Origin: Candidatus Thalassarchaeaceae archaeon
Lineage (GTDB): Archaea; Thermoplasmatota; Poseidoniia; Poseidoniales; Thalassarchaeaceae
Length of the DNA: 61,386 bases
Assembly: GCA_023700255.1 (NCBI GenBank)
Contig: JAJPRD010000006.1
Coordinates: 1-61,386 of the forward strand
Reading direction: 5' to 3'
Below the pieces are notes generated by a model. The model made no database searches. It was not told the origin of the DNA and worked only from the letters and a program-made list of their open reading frames with translations. The translations under genes and the position numbers were made by a program. Numbering within the stretch: position 1 is the first letter of the stretch; each line of letters opens with the position of its first letter. Below are positions 1 through 9,681 of the stretch, one piece after another.

Positions 1-59
1 TATTCTAACTAAAGCAAAGAGATTACAAGTAATAGGTCTTGGCAAAGAATAGTGATAAC

Positions 60-1352
60 ATGGCAGTAGACAATAGCCGATTGAAAGGATTTTACAAACT
101 ATCCGTCCCTGAAAGAAGAGATAAATTAGCAGAGATAGCAGGTTTAACTGACGAACAAGTTCAAGCATGGGCTAATGCAGAATTATCAGAAGAAGCTGCG
201 GACCGTATGATAGAGAACGTAGTAGGGAGATATTCACTACCAATAGGGGTCGCTACTAACTTCATCATTGATGATGAACATTACTTAGTACCATTCGTTG
301 TTGAAGAAGCAAGCGTAGTTGCTGCTGCATCCAACATGGCAAAAAGATGCCACGCTAAAGGGGGCTTTAGGTCAAACAATACTGACCCCATAATGATAGG
401 TCAAATTCAAATTGTAGATTGCGAAGATCCTGAGGCATCGAGAGATTCAATACTAGCAGCCAAAGATCAATTGATTCAGTCATGTAATGAGGTTGACCCG
501 ATATTAGTTAAATTCGGAGGAGGATGCAAAGACGTAGAAGTCCGAATAATAGAAACCATGTCTGGACCTATGGTTATTGTCCACATACTTGTAGATTGTA
601 GAGATGCTATGGGAGCTAATGCAGTCAACACAATGGCTGAAACCATTGCCCCTAAAGTGGAATCATTGTCAGGAGGGACTGTCATCCTGAGGATCATCAG
701 CAATTTAGCCATACATAGACTGGCAAGAGTTAGCGCTATATTCACTGCTGAAGAAATGTCTGATAAAGGAGACCCGGCACAAGGCTCTGAAGTCATCGAT
801 GGAGTAATACAAGCATACCATTTTGCTGCAGCAGACCCATTTAGAGCAACCACTCACAACAAAGGAATCATGAATGCTATTTCACCGATAGCAATCGCAT
901 GTGGACAAGATTGGAGAGCAATTGAATCAGGTGCTCACTCGTATTGTGCCCATGAAAAACAGTATAGTTCAATGACACACTGGGAAAAAGACTCAGAAGG
1001 TAATTTAGTTGGTTCAATTGAATGTCCTATGGCCGTCGGACTAGTCGGAGGTGCAGTAAGAATACATCCTGGGGCTCAAGCAAATGTCGCACTCTTGGGA
1101 ATAAAAAGTGCTAATGATTTAGCTAAAGTAATGGCTGCTGCTGGTATGGCACAAAACTTAGGAGCACTCAGAGCATTAGCCACTGTAGGAATACAGGCAG
1201 GACATATGAAACTACATCTAAAAAATATGATTAGTGCAGCAGGAGCAATGGATCATGAGATCGACATAGTCGCAAACATGGTAAAACAAAGTGGTGAAAG
1301 AATCACTATGGCAATAGTAGAAACTGCAATACTAGAAATTAGGGAAAAGTAA
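60..1352 (+). CDS. hmgA: Hydroxymethylglutaryl-CoA reductase, class II (bacterial-type)
   Basis: Motifs ENVVG, EEASVVAA, DAMGAN, RATTHNKGIMN, GIQAGHMKLH; ATG at 60 preferred over TTG at 39. Confidence 0.95.
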   Translation: MAVDNSRLKGFYKLSVPERRDKLAEIAGLTDEQVQAWANAELSEEAADRMIENVVGRYSLPIGVATNFIIDDEHYLVPFVVEEASVVAAASNMAKRCHAKGGFRSNNTDPIMIGQIQIVDCEDPEASRDSILAAKDQLIQSCNEVDPILVKFGGGCKDVEVRIIETMSGPMVIVHILVDCRDAMGANAVNTMAETIAPKVESLSGGTVILRIISNLAIHRLARVSAIFTAEEMSDKGDPAQGSEVIDGVIQAYHFAAADPFRATTHNKGIMNAISPIAIACGQDWRAIESGAHSYCAHEKQYSSMTHWEKDSEGNLVGSIECPMAVGLVGGAVRIHPGAQANVALLGIKSANDLAKVMAAAGMAQNLGALRALATVGIQAGHMKLHLKNMISAAGAMDHEIDIVANMVKQSGERITMAIVETAILEIREK

Positions 1353-1368
1353 AATTCTAATTTTTGTT

Positions 1369-1974
1369 TTAAGTTTCAGAGACATTCCCCTCTTCTGTAA
1401 ATTCAGTTATCGTCATTTGCTCATCCGGAGCGAGAGATGCTGCAAGTTGAGCACTGGTAAGTCCTGCTTTAGCAGCTTCAGAACGGAACCAGGAGCGCAC
1501 TGCACGATAGTCAACCTCTGGGCATCCGAAATATTCAGCGAATCTGCGAGTAGTAGTTAGACGACGAGTCAAACCATCACGGCGTCTATCGATTAGACCT
1601 AAGTTTGCTAAATCCCTCACGTGATCGTATGCCCTTTGTCCAAGCATTTCCACTAACTGAGATTGAGCCATCGGCTGGTGGTAAGCAATTAATGCAGCAG
1701 CCGGAAGAAGCCTCTGAGGAGTATCTGGACGGAAAGATTCTGGTAAATGAGGGGAAAGACTAGGGCGAACTTCAAATATCCATCTTCCAGATACTTCTGT
1801 CAATTGCAATGCAGAATCTTGCCTCCTTTTGATTCGTGCCTGTAACTCAGATAGGGCTAACTTAACATCCTCTGAAGATTTATCAACCGTTTTAGAAAGT
1901 TCATCTGTAGACATGGAGCGACCAGAGGTAAACATTATTGCTTCGAGAATAATTGAAAGACTAGCATCACTCAT
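1369..1974 (-). CDS. scpB: Segregation and condensation protein B
   Basis: LEAIMF, AALIAYHQP, TTRRFAEYFG motifs; directly downstream of scpA and smc. Confidence 0.93.
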   Translation of the reverse strand: MSDASLSIILEAIMFTSGRSMSTDELSKTVDKSSEDVKLALSELQARIKRRQDSALQLTEVSGRWIFEVRPSLSPHLPESFRPDTPQRLLPAAALIAYHQPMAQSQLVEMLGQRAYDHVRDLANLGLIDRRRDGLTRRLTTTRRFAEYFGCPEVDYRAVRSWFRSEAAKAGLTSAQLAASLAPDEQMTITEFTEEGNVSET

Positions 1975-2974
1975 TCATTATCGCTCCTTCATAAATTGAT
2001 GCTTTCGGATTAATACGGTTAGTTAGAGTAGAAAAATCATCATCTTCAAAATGTAGATTCTTCAATTTAATTTGACCATCAAGATCTTGAGATACTTCAG
2101 CATATCCCCTATGAGTCAAGAAAAGAGAAGAAACTAAAGCAGTCACTTGAGCTTCTGATTCTGCTTCCTCTAAACTTAATCCTGACTGGATTGAATTTTG
2201 CTTTAAGACTTCGACTATATCACTAAGATTAGTTGTAGTTTTTTCTTCTACGGTACGGCTACGCAATGCATCCCAAGTTCTTTTTAAATCATCTTCAAGA
2301 TTTTCAACATGTAAGCTACCTCCGAATCGAGCACGAGCTTTTTCATTTGCCTCACGACGTTCTTTGGCGATTTGCTCCCTCATTTTTTGTTCTTCTGAAA
2401 GCCTACCTGCTGCTTGAAGCCCCATTAATAATTCACCTAAAGTCACAGGTCGACCTTCTTCACGGTGTATTCTCCCTTCAAACATACTTGGAAGAACATC
2501 ACTGGCAGCACCAGTAAGTACTCCTATTGAAAAATTATAATCTTCATCTGAAAATTCAGTTTCCCAAGAATCTTCAAAATCCCACGATTCTTCAACTTCT
2601 TCATCAATAAGAGAACGTTCTTGTCTTTCAAGAAGAGTACTTGCTTGGCCCCGAAGTATTGTCCATGCCATTCGAACTAACCTTCCACAAGTGGGTAGGT
2701 CTATATTTTCAGAGTGACTTATTCTTTGGTTAAATAATTCCAAAAATACTGAAAGATCTACATCCCAGGGGTCAAGGTCACTATTTTGAAACATTTGAAA
2801 AACTAGAGCTACAGACCTATCGAATGGGTCTATCAAAAATTGATGCTCGGCTTCTTCAACCAACGACAACTCCACTAAACGATCTAAATATTGACTAGTT
2901 TCAAGATCTGCCTCGCCACCAAGTAATCGAGAGACTATATCATCCCTCATAGTAGAACCATCAAAAACAGACAC
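1967..2974 (-). CDS. scpA: Kleisin ScpA
   Basis: LDPWDVDL and RPVTLGEL motifs; lies between smc and scpB; GAGGT SD before GTG. Confidence 0.88.
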   Translation of the reverse strand: MSVFDGSTMRDDIVSRLLGGEADLETSQYLDRLVELSLVEEAEHQFLIDPFDRSVALVFQMFQNSDLDPWDVDLSVFLELFNQRISHSENIDLPTCGRLVRMAWTILRGQASTLLERQERSLIDEEVEESWDFEDSWETEFSDEDYNFSIGVLTGAASDVLPSMFEGRIHREEGRPVTLGELLMGLQAAGRLSEEQKMREQIAKERREANEKARARFGGSLHVENLEDDLKRTWDALRSRTVEEKTTTNLSDIVEVLKQNSIQSGLSLEEAESEAQVTALVSSLFLTHRGYAEVSQDLDGQIKLKNLHFEDDDFSTLTNRINPKASIYEGAIMNE

Positions 2975-2983
2975 AAAATTACC

Positions 2984-5900
2984 TCATTCAATTTCTATCT
3001 CAGACGATTTAACCTCGTCACTATTACTCTCTGCATTATCCTCATCTACTAACGTATTATGGAGAAGATTAGCTTCTTCAATATCTTCGGTCCAATCCTC
3101 AGTCCGCTCCCTTAATGCTTCTAAATCTCCATTGTTCGGGAGATTTGAAATTTCATCAGGCACCTCCATATCATCTACATCTAGTCCTGCTCTTTCGGCA
3201 AGGCCGCCTAGAGACTTAGGTGCACCCAAAGGTTCAGGAACCCTAGGCATTTTTTCTGGATCTGGTAATACTAATTCGGAGCGCTCATCATCAGATTGCT
3301 TTCTGGCTGCTTCTTCTTTTTCTATCTCTTCACTCATTTGTAATGCAGCAGCACGGTCGAAATCAGTAATTCTTCGACTACAACCATCACCAGCATGAGT
3401 AATTCCAATGTGATGATTTGCAAGATTCAAACTAACTTTTCTTAATGTCACCATGATAAATTGGGCTCTCTGAGAACGCATCAAACATAGAGTAGCTATT
3501 AATTCAGAATTAAATGGATCTAAGTTTTGATCGACCTCATCGAAATAATAGAATGGACTTGGTTCATAATCTTGTATAGCGAATATTAATGCCAGGGCTG
3601 CCATTGATTTTTCACCACCTGAGAGTAAGTTTCTACGAGTTTTGCTACTCTTACCTGGAGGAACACAATCCATCTCTAAACCCCCATCAAATGGATTCTT
3701 CATATTCTCTAATCTAAGACTACCAATCCCACCAGGTTGGAGAAGCTGATAAACACGGCTAAAGTTTCTGTTGACATGCTCGAAGACTAATAGGAGTCTC
3801 TTTTTCCTTTCAGACTCTAATCTATCTGCAATACTAACAAGGTCATCACGCCTTTGTCGGAGTGTTTTACCATCCTCTACAAGGCCTGCAATACGCTCTA
3901 CAGCAACATCATATTGTTCAATTGCTAACATATTGACATCACCTAGATGACCGAGGCGACGTTCGAGTCCCTGCACTACTCTCTCCGCCTCGGCCACTGT
4001 AGGTAATTGGATATCTGCAGATGGAACCTCAATATGTTCTGCTGCTAATTCAGAAATAATTTCATTGACTGTTTCTCTTTTCTGATTAATCTGAATGTTT
4101 AGGTCCTCGACTCGAGAACCGAATGTCTCGCGTTTCTGAGAACTCGACTCTAAGTTAGCCCTCAAAATTGCTCTTTCTTCTACTATAACCTCTCTACGCT
4201 GTGTAAGGATCTGTTGTTCTTCATTAAATTGTGAGGCTTGACCTTTCAAATCAACTAATAATTCTCTTGATTTAGTTATAGACGATTTTAAGGTATTAAT
4301 GAAACTCTTAGTGTCTGACACTAATGATTCTTTCTTTTGGATTTGCCTCGCAAGTTCAGATAATCTATCTGAGAGAATATTCATTCGTTCATTCCCACTA
4401 AGTATTGCGGCATCAGAAATAAGTCTTGTACGCTCAGCATCTGTCCTGGTTTTCTCAGCATTCCGTAATATTTCTGATAAATGGTCGGGAGTGTGATTTT
4501 GTAATGCAGTAGCTGCATTTACCCTTTCCTCGAGTGAATCAAGATGTTTTTGATTTGAAACTTCTGCTGCCTCCTTTGCGCTGACAAAAGACCGCTCAGC
4601 AAGAGTGAATTCTTCTCTCGCAGATAATATTTTTTTACCTATATCTTCAACATGTTTCTGAGCGCGCGACAAATCAGATTTCCATTCACGTATTTTCACT
4701 GATTGATCACTATCGTCAAGACCATGGATTTGGTCACGAAGTATCTGCTGATTAGTTCTTAATTCCCTTAATGCAGCTTCCACTGTTGAATAAAGTAGAT
4801 TTGCTTCTTCAACCGCCCTCTCAAGTCTTTCATTACCTAATTGCCCTGGATTACCTCCTCCGAAACTAGGTCTTGATGAACCAACTGGTGAGCCTCCAGT
4901 CATAGCGCCAGAACCTTCGATAATATCTCCCTTTAGGGTGACCATTCGAACACCGCCCATATTCTTACGCGCTATTTCCATAGATTGCACAATAAGCGTG
5001 TTCCTAGATGCATACCTTACAGCAATATCAATCTCTAAATCATAATCTAACAAATCATGAGCGAAACCAAGAATCCCTGGGTTTCGAGCAACAATTAGAG
5101 TCCTTCCTTGAGGCCTTGAAATGTTTAGCTTGTTGAGAGGGAGGAAAGTTGCCCTTCCGCCGCCATTGAGTCTCAACCACTTTATACAAGACGCTGCAAC
5201 CTCATCATTCATCACAACAATACTTCTAAGACCATTTCCAAGAGCTAGTGCCAACGCTTCTTCGTTAACTGGGTCTTTAGGGGAACACAGTTCCCCCAGT
5301 GTCCCAAGAATTCCTTTGATATCCCCGCTTTGACGTAATTTTGTGAGAGCCGCGATAGTACTTGCAGAACCTGGCCTATTCGCCTTCGTTTCTTGACGGG
5401 CTCGTGCTTTAGCCAGCTCAACTTCTGAATCTCGTGCTCTGACTTCTGCTCGGTCACGATCTTCTCTTAATGCAATTTCTTGTTTAGTCAATCTTTGAAG
5501 TTCATTTGCAAGACCAGTTCTATCTAATTTTTTACCACCATCTTGTAATTCTTCACCAACTAACTCCAGATCGTCACGATTTAGTGTTGCCTGCTCATAT
5601 TCATCTTCGAAATCAGCTAACTTTTCGGAGGCTATCTGAGCAGTTTGTTCAGCCCTATCAGATTCTAGTTTGGCTACTGAATAATTCTGATGCTTTTCTG
5701 AAACTAAATCGGTCGCTTGGCCAAGTGCGCGATTTAAGTCGCGACCATGCCTATCTCCTGACTGAATTGCCTCCCTAGCTTGTTTCTCATCTAACGCGGC
5801 TCTATCCAAATCATCTTCAGCAGCAGACAATGATGCTGTAGCCAAATTCAACTCTTCTCTGCCCTTGAGTATAGCCGATTCTGCTCCCTGGTAATCGTCA

Positions 5901-6916
5901 CGAATAATCTCAATATCTTCATCAGCATCTTCAATGATTTTTAATTGGTCGCCCACCCTATCGGAATTGGTTTCAATATCAATCTCATGTTTTCGAATTG
6001 TATCTAATAATTCTTTAGCGTCGCCACTCATTATATCGTCTAAATCGTTCCCTATTTGGACAAGTTCTTCATCAAACTTACCAAGATTGAGGTTACCTGA
6101 TCGGATATTTTCGGTAAGACCTTTGATTTGTACCGAATAGCTTGAACGCTCTTCACCAAGAAGCCTGACCTCATCTAATCTATTCCTGTATCTAGATTGA
6201 TGGAGTACAATTTTATTCACATCTAACTCATCTTTCAACTCTTTAAATTTTAATGCCTGTTGGCGCTCTTTGCCTAAACCTTTGAGACGATGCTTTTGTT
6301 CCTCTTCAAACAAATCTATTGTTTCAACATTATTCTCTACTACTTTTCGTTGGTTATTCGCTCGACGTATTTCATCATCATAAGCAGTGACTCCAGCTAC
6401 CTCTTCCAAGACCCCTCTTCTCTTATGAGGAGTCATTGATGCAAGATTAGTGACATCTCCTTGTAATACAATATTGTAGCCATCACCATGTAAGCCTGCT
6501 TCGGCCAAAACCCTTCTCATTTCTGTAGCAGTAGATGGATTATCATTAATGTAATAAGATGACACAGTATCATTTTTACGATTTAATCTTACTGAACGAG
6601 TAAATTTGACTTCCTCGGTATCAATTCTTAATCTACGCCTTCCATCAATCTCGGGGGAATTCTTGAAAACAAGTGTTGCAGACATATTTCTAGCAGCTTT
6701 CCCCCCACCGCCTCCATTGAAAATTAACTCAGAAACGTTAGATGCTCTTAGTGAACGAGTTGATTTAGGACCAAGGACAAATTGTATAGCATCTCCACAA
6801 TTAGACTTCCCTGACCCATTAGGGCCTGTTATTGCAGTGAATCCTTCTTCAAAAGGGATAGTGATTTCTCCACCAAATGATTTAAAATTTTCAAGTTCAA
6901 TCCTTACTAGATGCAT
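2984..6916 (-). CDS. smc: Chromosome segregation protein SMC
   Basis: ENFKSF, Walker A GPNGSGKS, hinge GRATFLPL, signature LSGGE, Walker B FDEVD; start MHLVRIEL at 6916 with GGTGA SD. Confidence 0.97.
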   Translation of the reverse strand: MHLVRIELENFKSFGGEITIPFEEGFTAITGPNGSGKSNCGDAIQFVLGPKSTRSLRASNVSELIFNGGGGGKAARNMSATLVFKNSPEIDGRRRLRIDTEEVKFTRSVRLNRKNDTVSSYYINDNPSTATEMRRVLAEAGLHGDGYNIVLQGDVTNLASMTPHKRRGVLEEVAGVTAYDDEIRRANNQRKVVENNVETIDLFEEEQKHRLKGLGKERQQALKFKELKDELDVNKIVLHQSRYRNRLDEVRLLGEERSSYSVQIKGLTENIRSGNLNLGKFDEELVQIGNDLDDIMSGDAKELLDTIRKHEIDIETNSDRVGDQLKIIEDADEDIEIIRDDYQGAESAILKGREELNLATASLSAAEDDLDRAALDEKQAREAIQSGDRHGRDLNRALGQATDLVSEKHQNYSVAKLESDRAEQTAQIASEKLADFEDEYEQATLNRDDLELVGEELQDGGKKLDRTGLANELQRLTKQEIALREDRDRAEVRARDSEVELAKARARQETKANRPGSASTIAALTKLRQSGDIKGILGTLGELCSPKDPVNEEALALALGNGLRSIVVMNDEVAASCIKWLRLNGGGRATFLPLNKLNISRPQGRTLIVARNPGILGFAHDLLDYDLEIDIAVRYASRNTLIVQSMEIARKNMGGVRMVTLKGDIIEGSGAMTGGSPVGSSRPSFGGGNPGQLGNERLERAVEEANLLYSTVEAALRELRTNQQILRDQIHGLDDSDQSVKIREWKSDLSRAQKHVEDIGKKILSAREEFTLAERSFVSAKEAAEVSNQKHLDSLEERVNAATALQNHTPDHLSEILRNAEKTRTDAERTRLISDAAILSGNERMNILSDRLSELARQIQKKESLVSDTKSFINTLKSSITKSRELLVDLKGQASQFNEEQQILTQRREVIVEERAILRANLESSSQKRETFGSRVEDLNIQINQKRETVNEIISELAAEHIEVPSADIQLPTVAEAERVVQGLERRLGHLGDVNMLAIEQYDVAVERIAGLVEDGKTLRQRRDDLVSIADRLESERKKRLLLVFEHVNRNFSRVYQLLQPGGIGSLRLENMKNPFDGGLEMDCVPPGKSSKTRRNLLSGGEKSMAALALIFAIQDYEPSPFYYFDEVDQNLDPFNSELIATLCLMRSQRAQFIMVTLRKVSLNLANHHIGITHAGDGCSRRITDFDRAAALQMSEEIEKEEAARKQSDDERSELVLPDPEKMPRVPEPLGAPKSLGGLAERAGLDVDDMEVPDEISNLPNNGDLEALRERTEDWTEDIEEANLLHNTLVDEDNAESNSDEVKSSEIEIE

Positions 6917-7096
6917 CCCATCACCATATAATATCAGCAATTTCTCGCTGACATCATTAATTGGCTGCCGCATTTCCGTCTATGAACCTTGAGGATAAAT
7001 AGAGCGCAGCAATGCGAAAAATGAACCTATTTATTTATGCCGTTATTTACTTACATTAAGCGAAGATTAATTCACAAACGTCCTATGGACATTAAT

Positions 7097-8734
7097 ATGA
7101 GCACCACAGTCAGGGATGAATTAATGCCCGCTGTAGATATTGCAGTAGTCGGATCAGGCATTGCAGGTTTATTCTTAGCGCATCGTTGTGCTCAGAAAGG
7201 TTTGAGTGTAGCATTAATCACAAAAAAAAGCATATCCACATCAAATACGAATTGGGCGCAAGGAGGTATTGCCGGAGTATTGGATCATGAAAATGAAGAG
7301 GCGATAGAAGCGCATGTTGCCGATACATTATCTGCTGGTGCAGGATTATGTGATGAAAAAGTAGTTAGATCAGTTGTACTAGAAGCAGCAGATCGGATAA
7401 GAGACCTAGTAAAACATGGAGTTCGTTTCGATAAAAATGAAAGGGGAGATTATGATACTGTTAGAGAGGGTGGTCACTCTGACCAAAGAATATTGCATTC
7501 AAAAGATGCGACCGGAGCTGAAATTGAAAGGGCTTTGACGAAATCAACATCTGGTGAAATTGATGAAAGATTTACAATATTAGAAAACTGGATGGCGATT
7601 GACCTCATTCAAAGAAAACATGGTGATCCGAGGGAGGGAGTAGTTGGTTTATGGTGCCTATCACCATCTGGAGTAGTCCATACTTTACCTGCAAAAACAA
7701 TAGTTCTAGCAACCGGAGGAGTTGGATATCTTCATCGATCCACAACTAATCCATCTATTGCGACAGGAGATGGAGTAGGGATGGCACTACGTTCAGGAGC
7801 AGATATCAAAGACATAGAATTCATACAATTTCACCCTACATCCTTAGCGGTGAATGACTCGAGACCTTTCTTAATCACAGAAGCTATGAGAGGCCATGGC
7901 GCAGTATTAATGACGAATGAAAATTATAATCATTGGAAAAAATCAGAGAGTACGAAACCTCAAGATTACTCTTTTATGAAGAATTACTCTGAAATGGGGT
8001 CACTAGGGACAAGAGATATTGTTGCTAGAGCTATCGATGCTGAACTTAAGAAAAATGGAGACGAACATGTCCTCTTAATCACTGAGCATTTGAAAAGAAA
8101 TAAACTAATAGAAAAATTCCCTAATATAAATAAAAAACTATTTTCTTATGGGATTAATCTAGGTCCAGACCCTATCCCTGTCATACCTGCGGCACATTAC
8201 ATGGTAGGAGGAGTCACTGTAAATGAACATGGGCATGCGTTAGTTGATGGTGAAAAAATGCCAGGACTTTATGCAATAGGGGAAGTTGCCAGAACTGGCT
8301 TACATGGGGCTAATCGGCTAGCATCAAATAGCCTACTTGAAGCAGTAGTATATTCAGAAAGAGCAGCTGCTGACTTGATTCAAAATGCCAAGAAAAATGA
8401 ATTACAGCAATTGCCAGAAGTAATCCCTCTATGGCGTGCAGATAATCTCGTTACGTTAATAGAACATGCACCTCTACGTGCAGATTTAGATGCTTTAAGG
8501 ACAACTATGACCATGGATGTAGGGATAGTGAAAAGTAATGCTAGACTAAAGAGAGCTCAGAGAAGAATTATTCATTTAGAAAATGAAGTTGAAATAATCT
8601 GGGAAAGTTGTAAACCCACCCAAGATTTAGTGGAATTAAGGAACCTCATCCATGTGGCAAAAATTGTAGTAAGCGCATCTTTAGAGAGGAAAGAAAACGT
8701 CGGTTTACACTATAATAAAGATTATAATAATTAA
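7097..8734 (+). CDS. nadB: L-aspartate oxidase
   Basis: GSGIAG, WAQGGIA, EGGHS, QFHPT, AHYMVGG, GLHGANRLASNSLLE; start approximate. Confidence 0.93.
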   Translation: MSTTVRDELMPAVDIAVVGSGIAGLFLAHRCAQKGLSVALITKKSISTSNTNWAQGGIAGVLDHENEEAIEAHVADTLSAGAGLCDEKVVRSVVLEAADRIRDLVKHGVRFDKNERGDYDTVREGGHSDQRILHSKDATGAEIERALTKSTSGEIDERFTILENWMAIDLIQRKHGDPREGVVGLWCLSPSGVVHTLPAKTIVLATGGVGYLHRSTTNPSIATGDGVGMALRSGADIKDIEFIQFHPTSLAVNDSRPFLITEAMRGHGAVLMTNENYNHWKKSESTKPQDYSFMKNYSEMGSLGTRDIVARAIDAELKKNGDEHVLLITEHLKRNKLIEKFPNINKKLFSYGINLGPDPIPVIPAAHYMVGGVTVNEHGHALVDGEKMPGLYAIGEVARTGLHGANRLASNSLLEAVVYSERAAADLIQNAKKNELQQLPEVIPLWRADNLVTLIEHAPLRADLDALRTTMTMDVGIVKSNARLKRAQRRIIHLENEVEIIWESCKPTQDLVELRNLIHVAKIVVSASLERKENVGLHYNKDYNN

Positions 8735-9681
8735 TCAAATTTAGATGAATTCTCAATTCCTTTAATTAAACCATGTAATATTGCATTACAGGGAGTAGGT
8801 ATCCCTTCAGCTTCGCCTCGAAGAACAACTGCCCCACATAAAGCATCAATTTCTGTTGGTCGACCTGCCATTATATCTTGAAGCATCGAACACCTATTTT
8901 CAGGAGATATCACCACGACATCTCGAAGGTATGTCTCTAATTCAATATCTCCAAGATCAACCCCACTAGCACGTGCAACTATTGCGGCTTCACGCATCGC
9001 CTGCATAGATTGCTGCCAAAGAGAATTAATCTCTAAAAGGGCCCCGTTTCGAACCCCTGCAATAGCACAAACTGGATTAATAGCGACATTTATTAGTAAT
9101 TTTTTCCAAATAATCTGTTGGATATCGTCACTTAATACTGCGTTCAAATCAGCATCGTTGAGCATGTTAAGCAGATACTCTGCTTTGTTATTTTCAGAAC
9201 CATCCAATGCTCCGAAAGTTATACAACCTCTGCCTACCCAGTGAACTACACCCTCACTATTTCGCCAAGCAGCATGAGTTATAGAACCAACAAATACACG
9301 ATCTCTCCCTATTCGATGAGCTAATATCTCTGCATTCCCTAATCCATTTTGAATCGTCAAAGCATAACCCTCGGGAGTAAGAACCTCAGATGCTATCTGA
9401 GTTAATGCAGGAGTATCGAGTGTTTTACCACAAATTATTGCAACATCACAAGTTCCCCTTATTTGCTCTGAAAGAGAACCAGATTCGCTGTCAACTACTA
9501 AATATCTTTCAGATGGAACGACTTCTATACTACCTTCAGGAGTATGAAGAACTAAACCCATATCTGAAAGATTGGAGGCAGTACGACCTCGAGATACGCA
9601 TATGATATCTGCATTTGTATCAGCTAAGGCGCCTAGAAGGATCCCTCCAATTGAACCCACTCCAATAATCGCAACTCTCAA
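8731..9681 (-). CDS. panE: 2-dehydropantoate 2-reductase
   Basis: GVGSIG, QNGLG, WKKLLINVAINP, SMLQD, TEIDALCG; TTG start overlaps the upstream gene's TGA. Confidence 0.92.
   Translation of the reverse strand: MRVAIIGVGSIGGILLGALADTNADIICVSRGRTASNLSDMGLVLHTPEGSIEVVPSERYLVVDSESGSLSEQIRGTCDVAIICGKTLDTPALTQIASEVLTPEGYALTIQNGLGNAEILAHRIGRDRVFVGSITHAAWRNSEGVVHWVGRGCITFGALDGSENNKAEYLLNMLNDADLNAVLSDDIQQIIWKKLLINVAINPVCAIAGVRNGALLEINSLWQQSMQAMREAAIVARASGVDLGDIELETYLRDVVVISPENRCSMLQDIMAGRPTEIDALCGAVVLRGEAEGIPTPCNAILHGLIKGIENSSKFD

Noticed and set aside
2984-6916. SMC operon as a Wadjet/MksBEF defence system
   Set aside because: It has a canonical SMC hinge with ScpA/ScpB and no adjacent JetD/Toprim nuclease.
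7097-8734. Succinate dehydrogenase or fumarate reductase flavoprotein
   Set aside because: It lacks the covalent-FAD His motif and neighbouring Fe-S or anchor subunits; the motifs match NadB.
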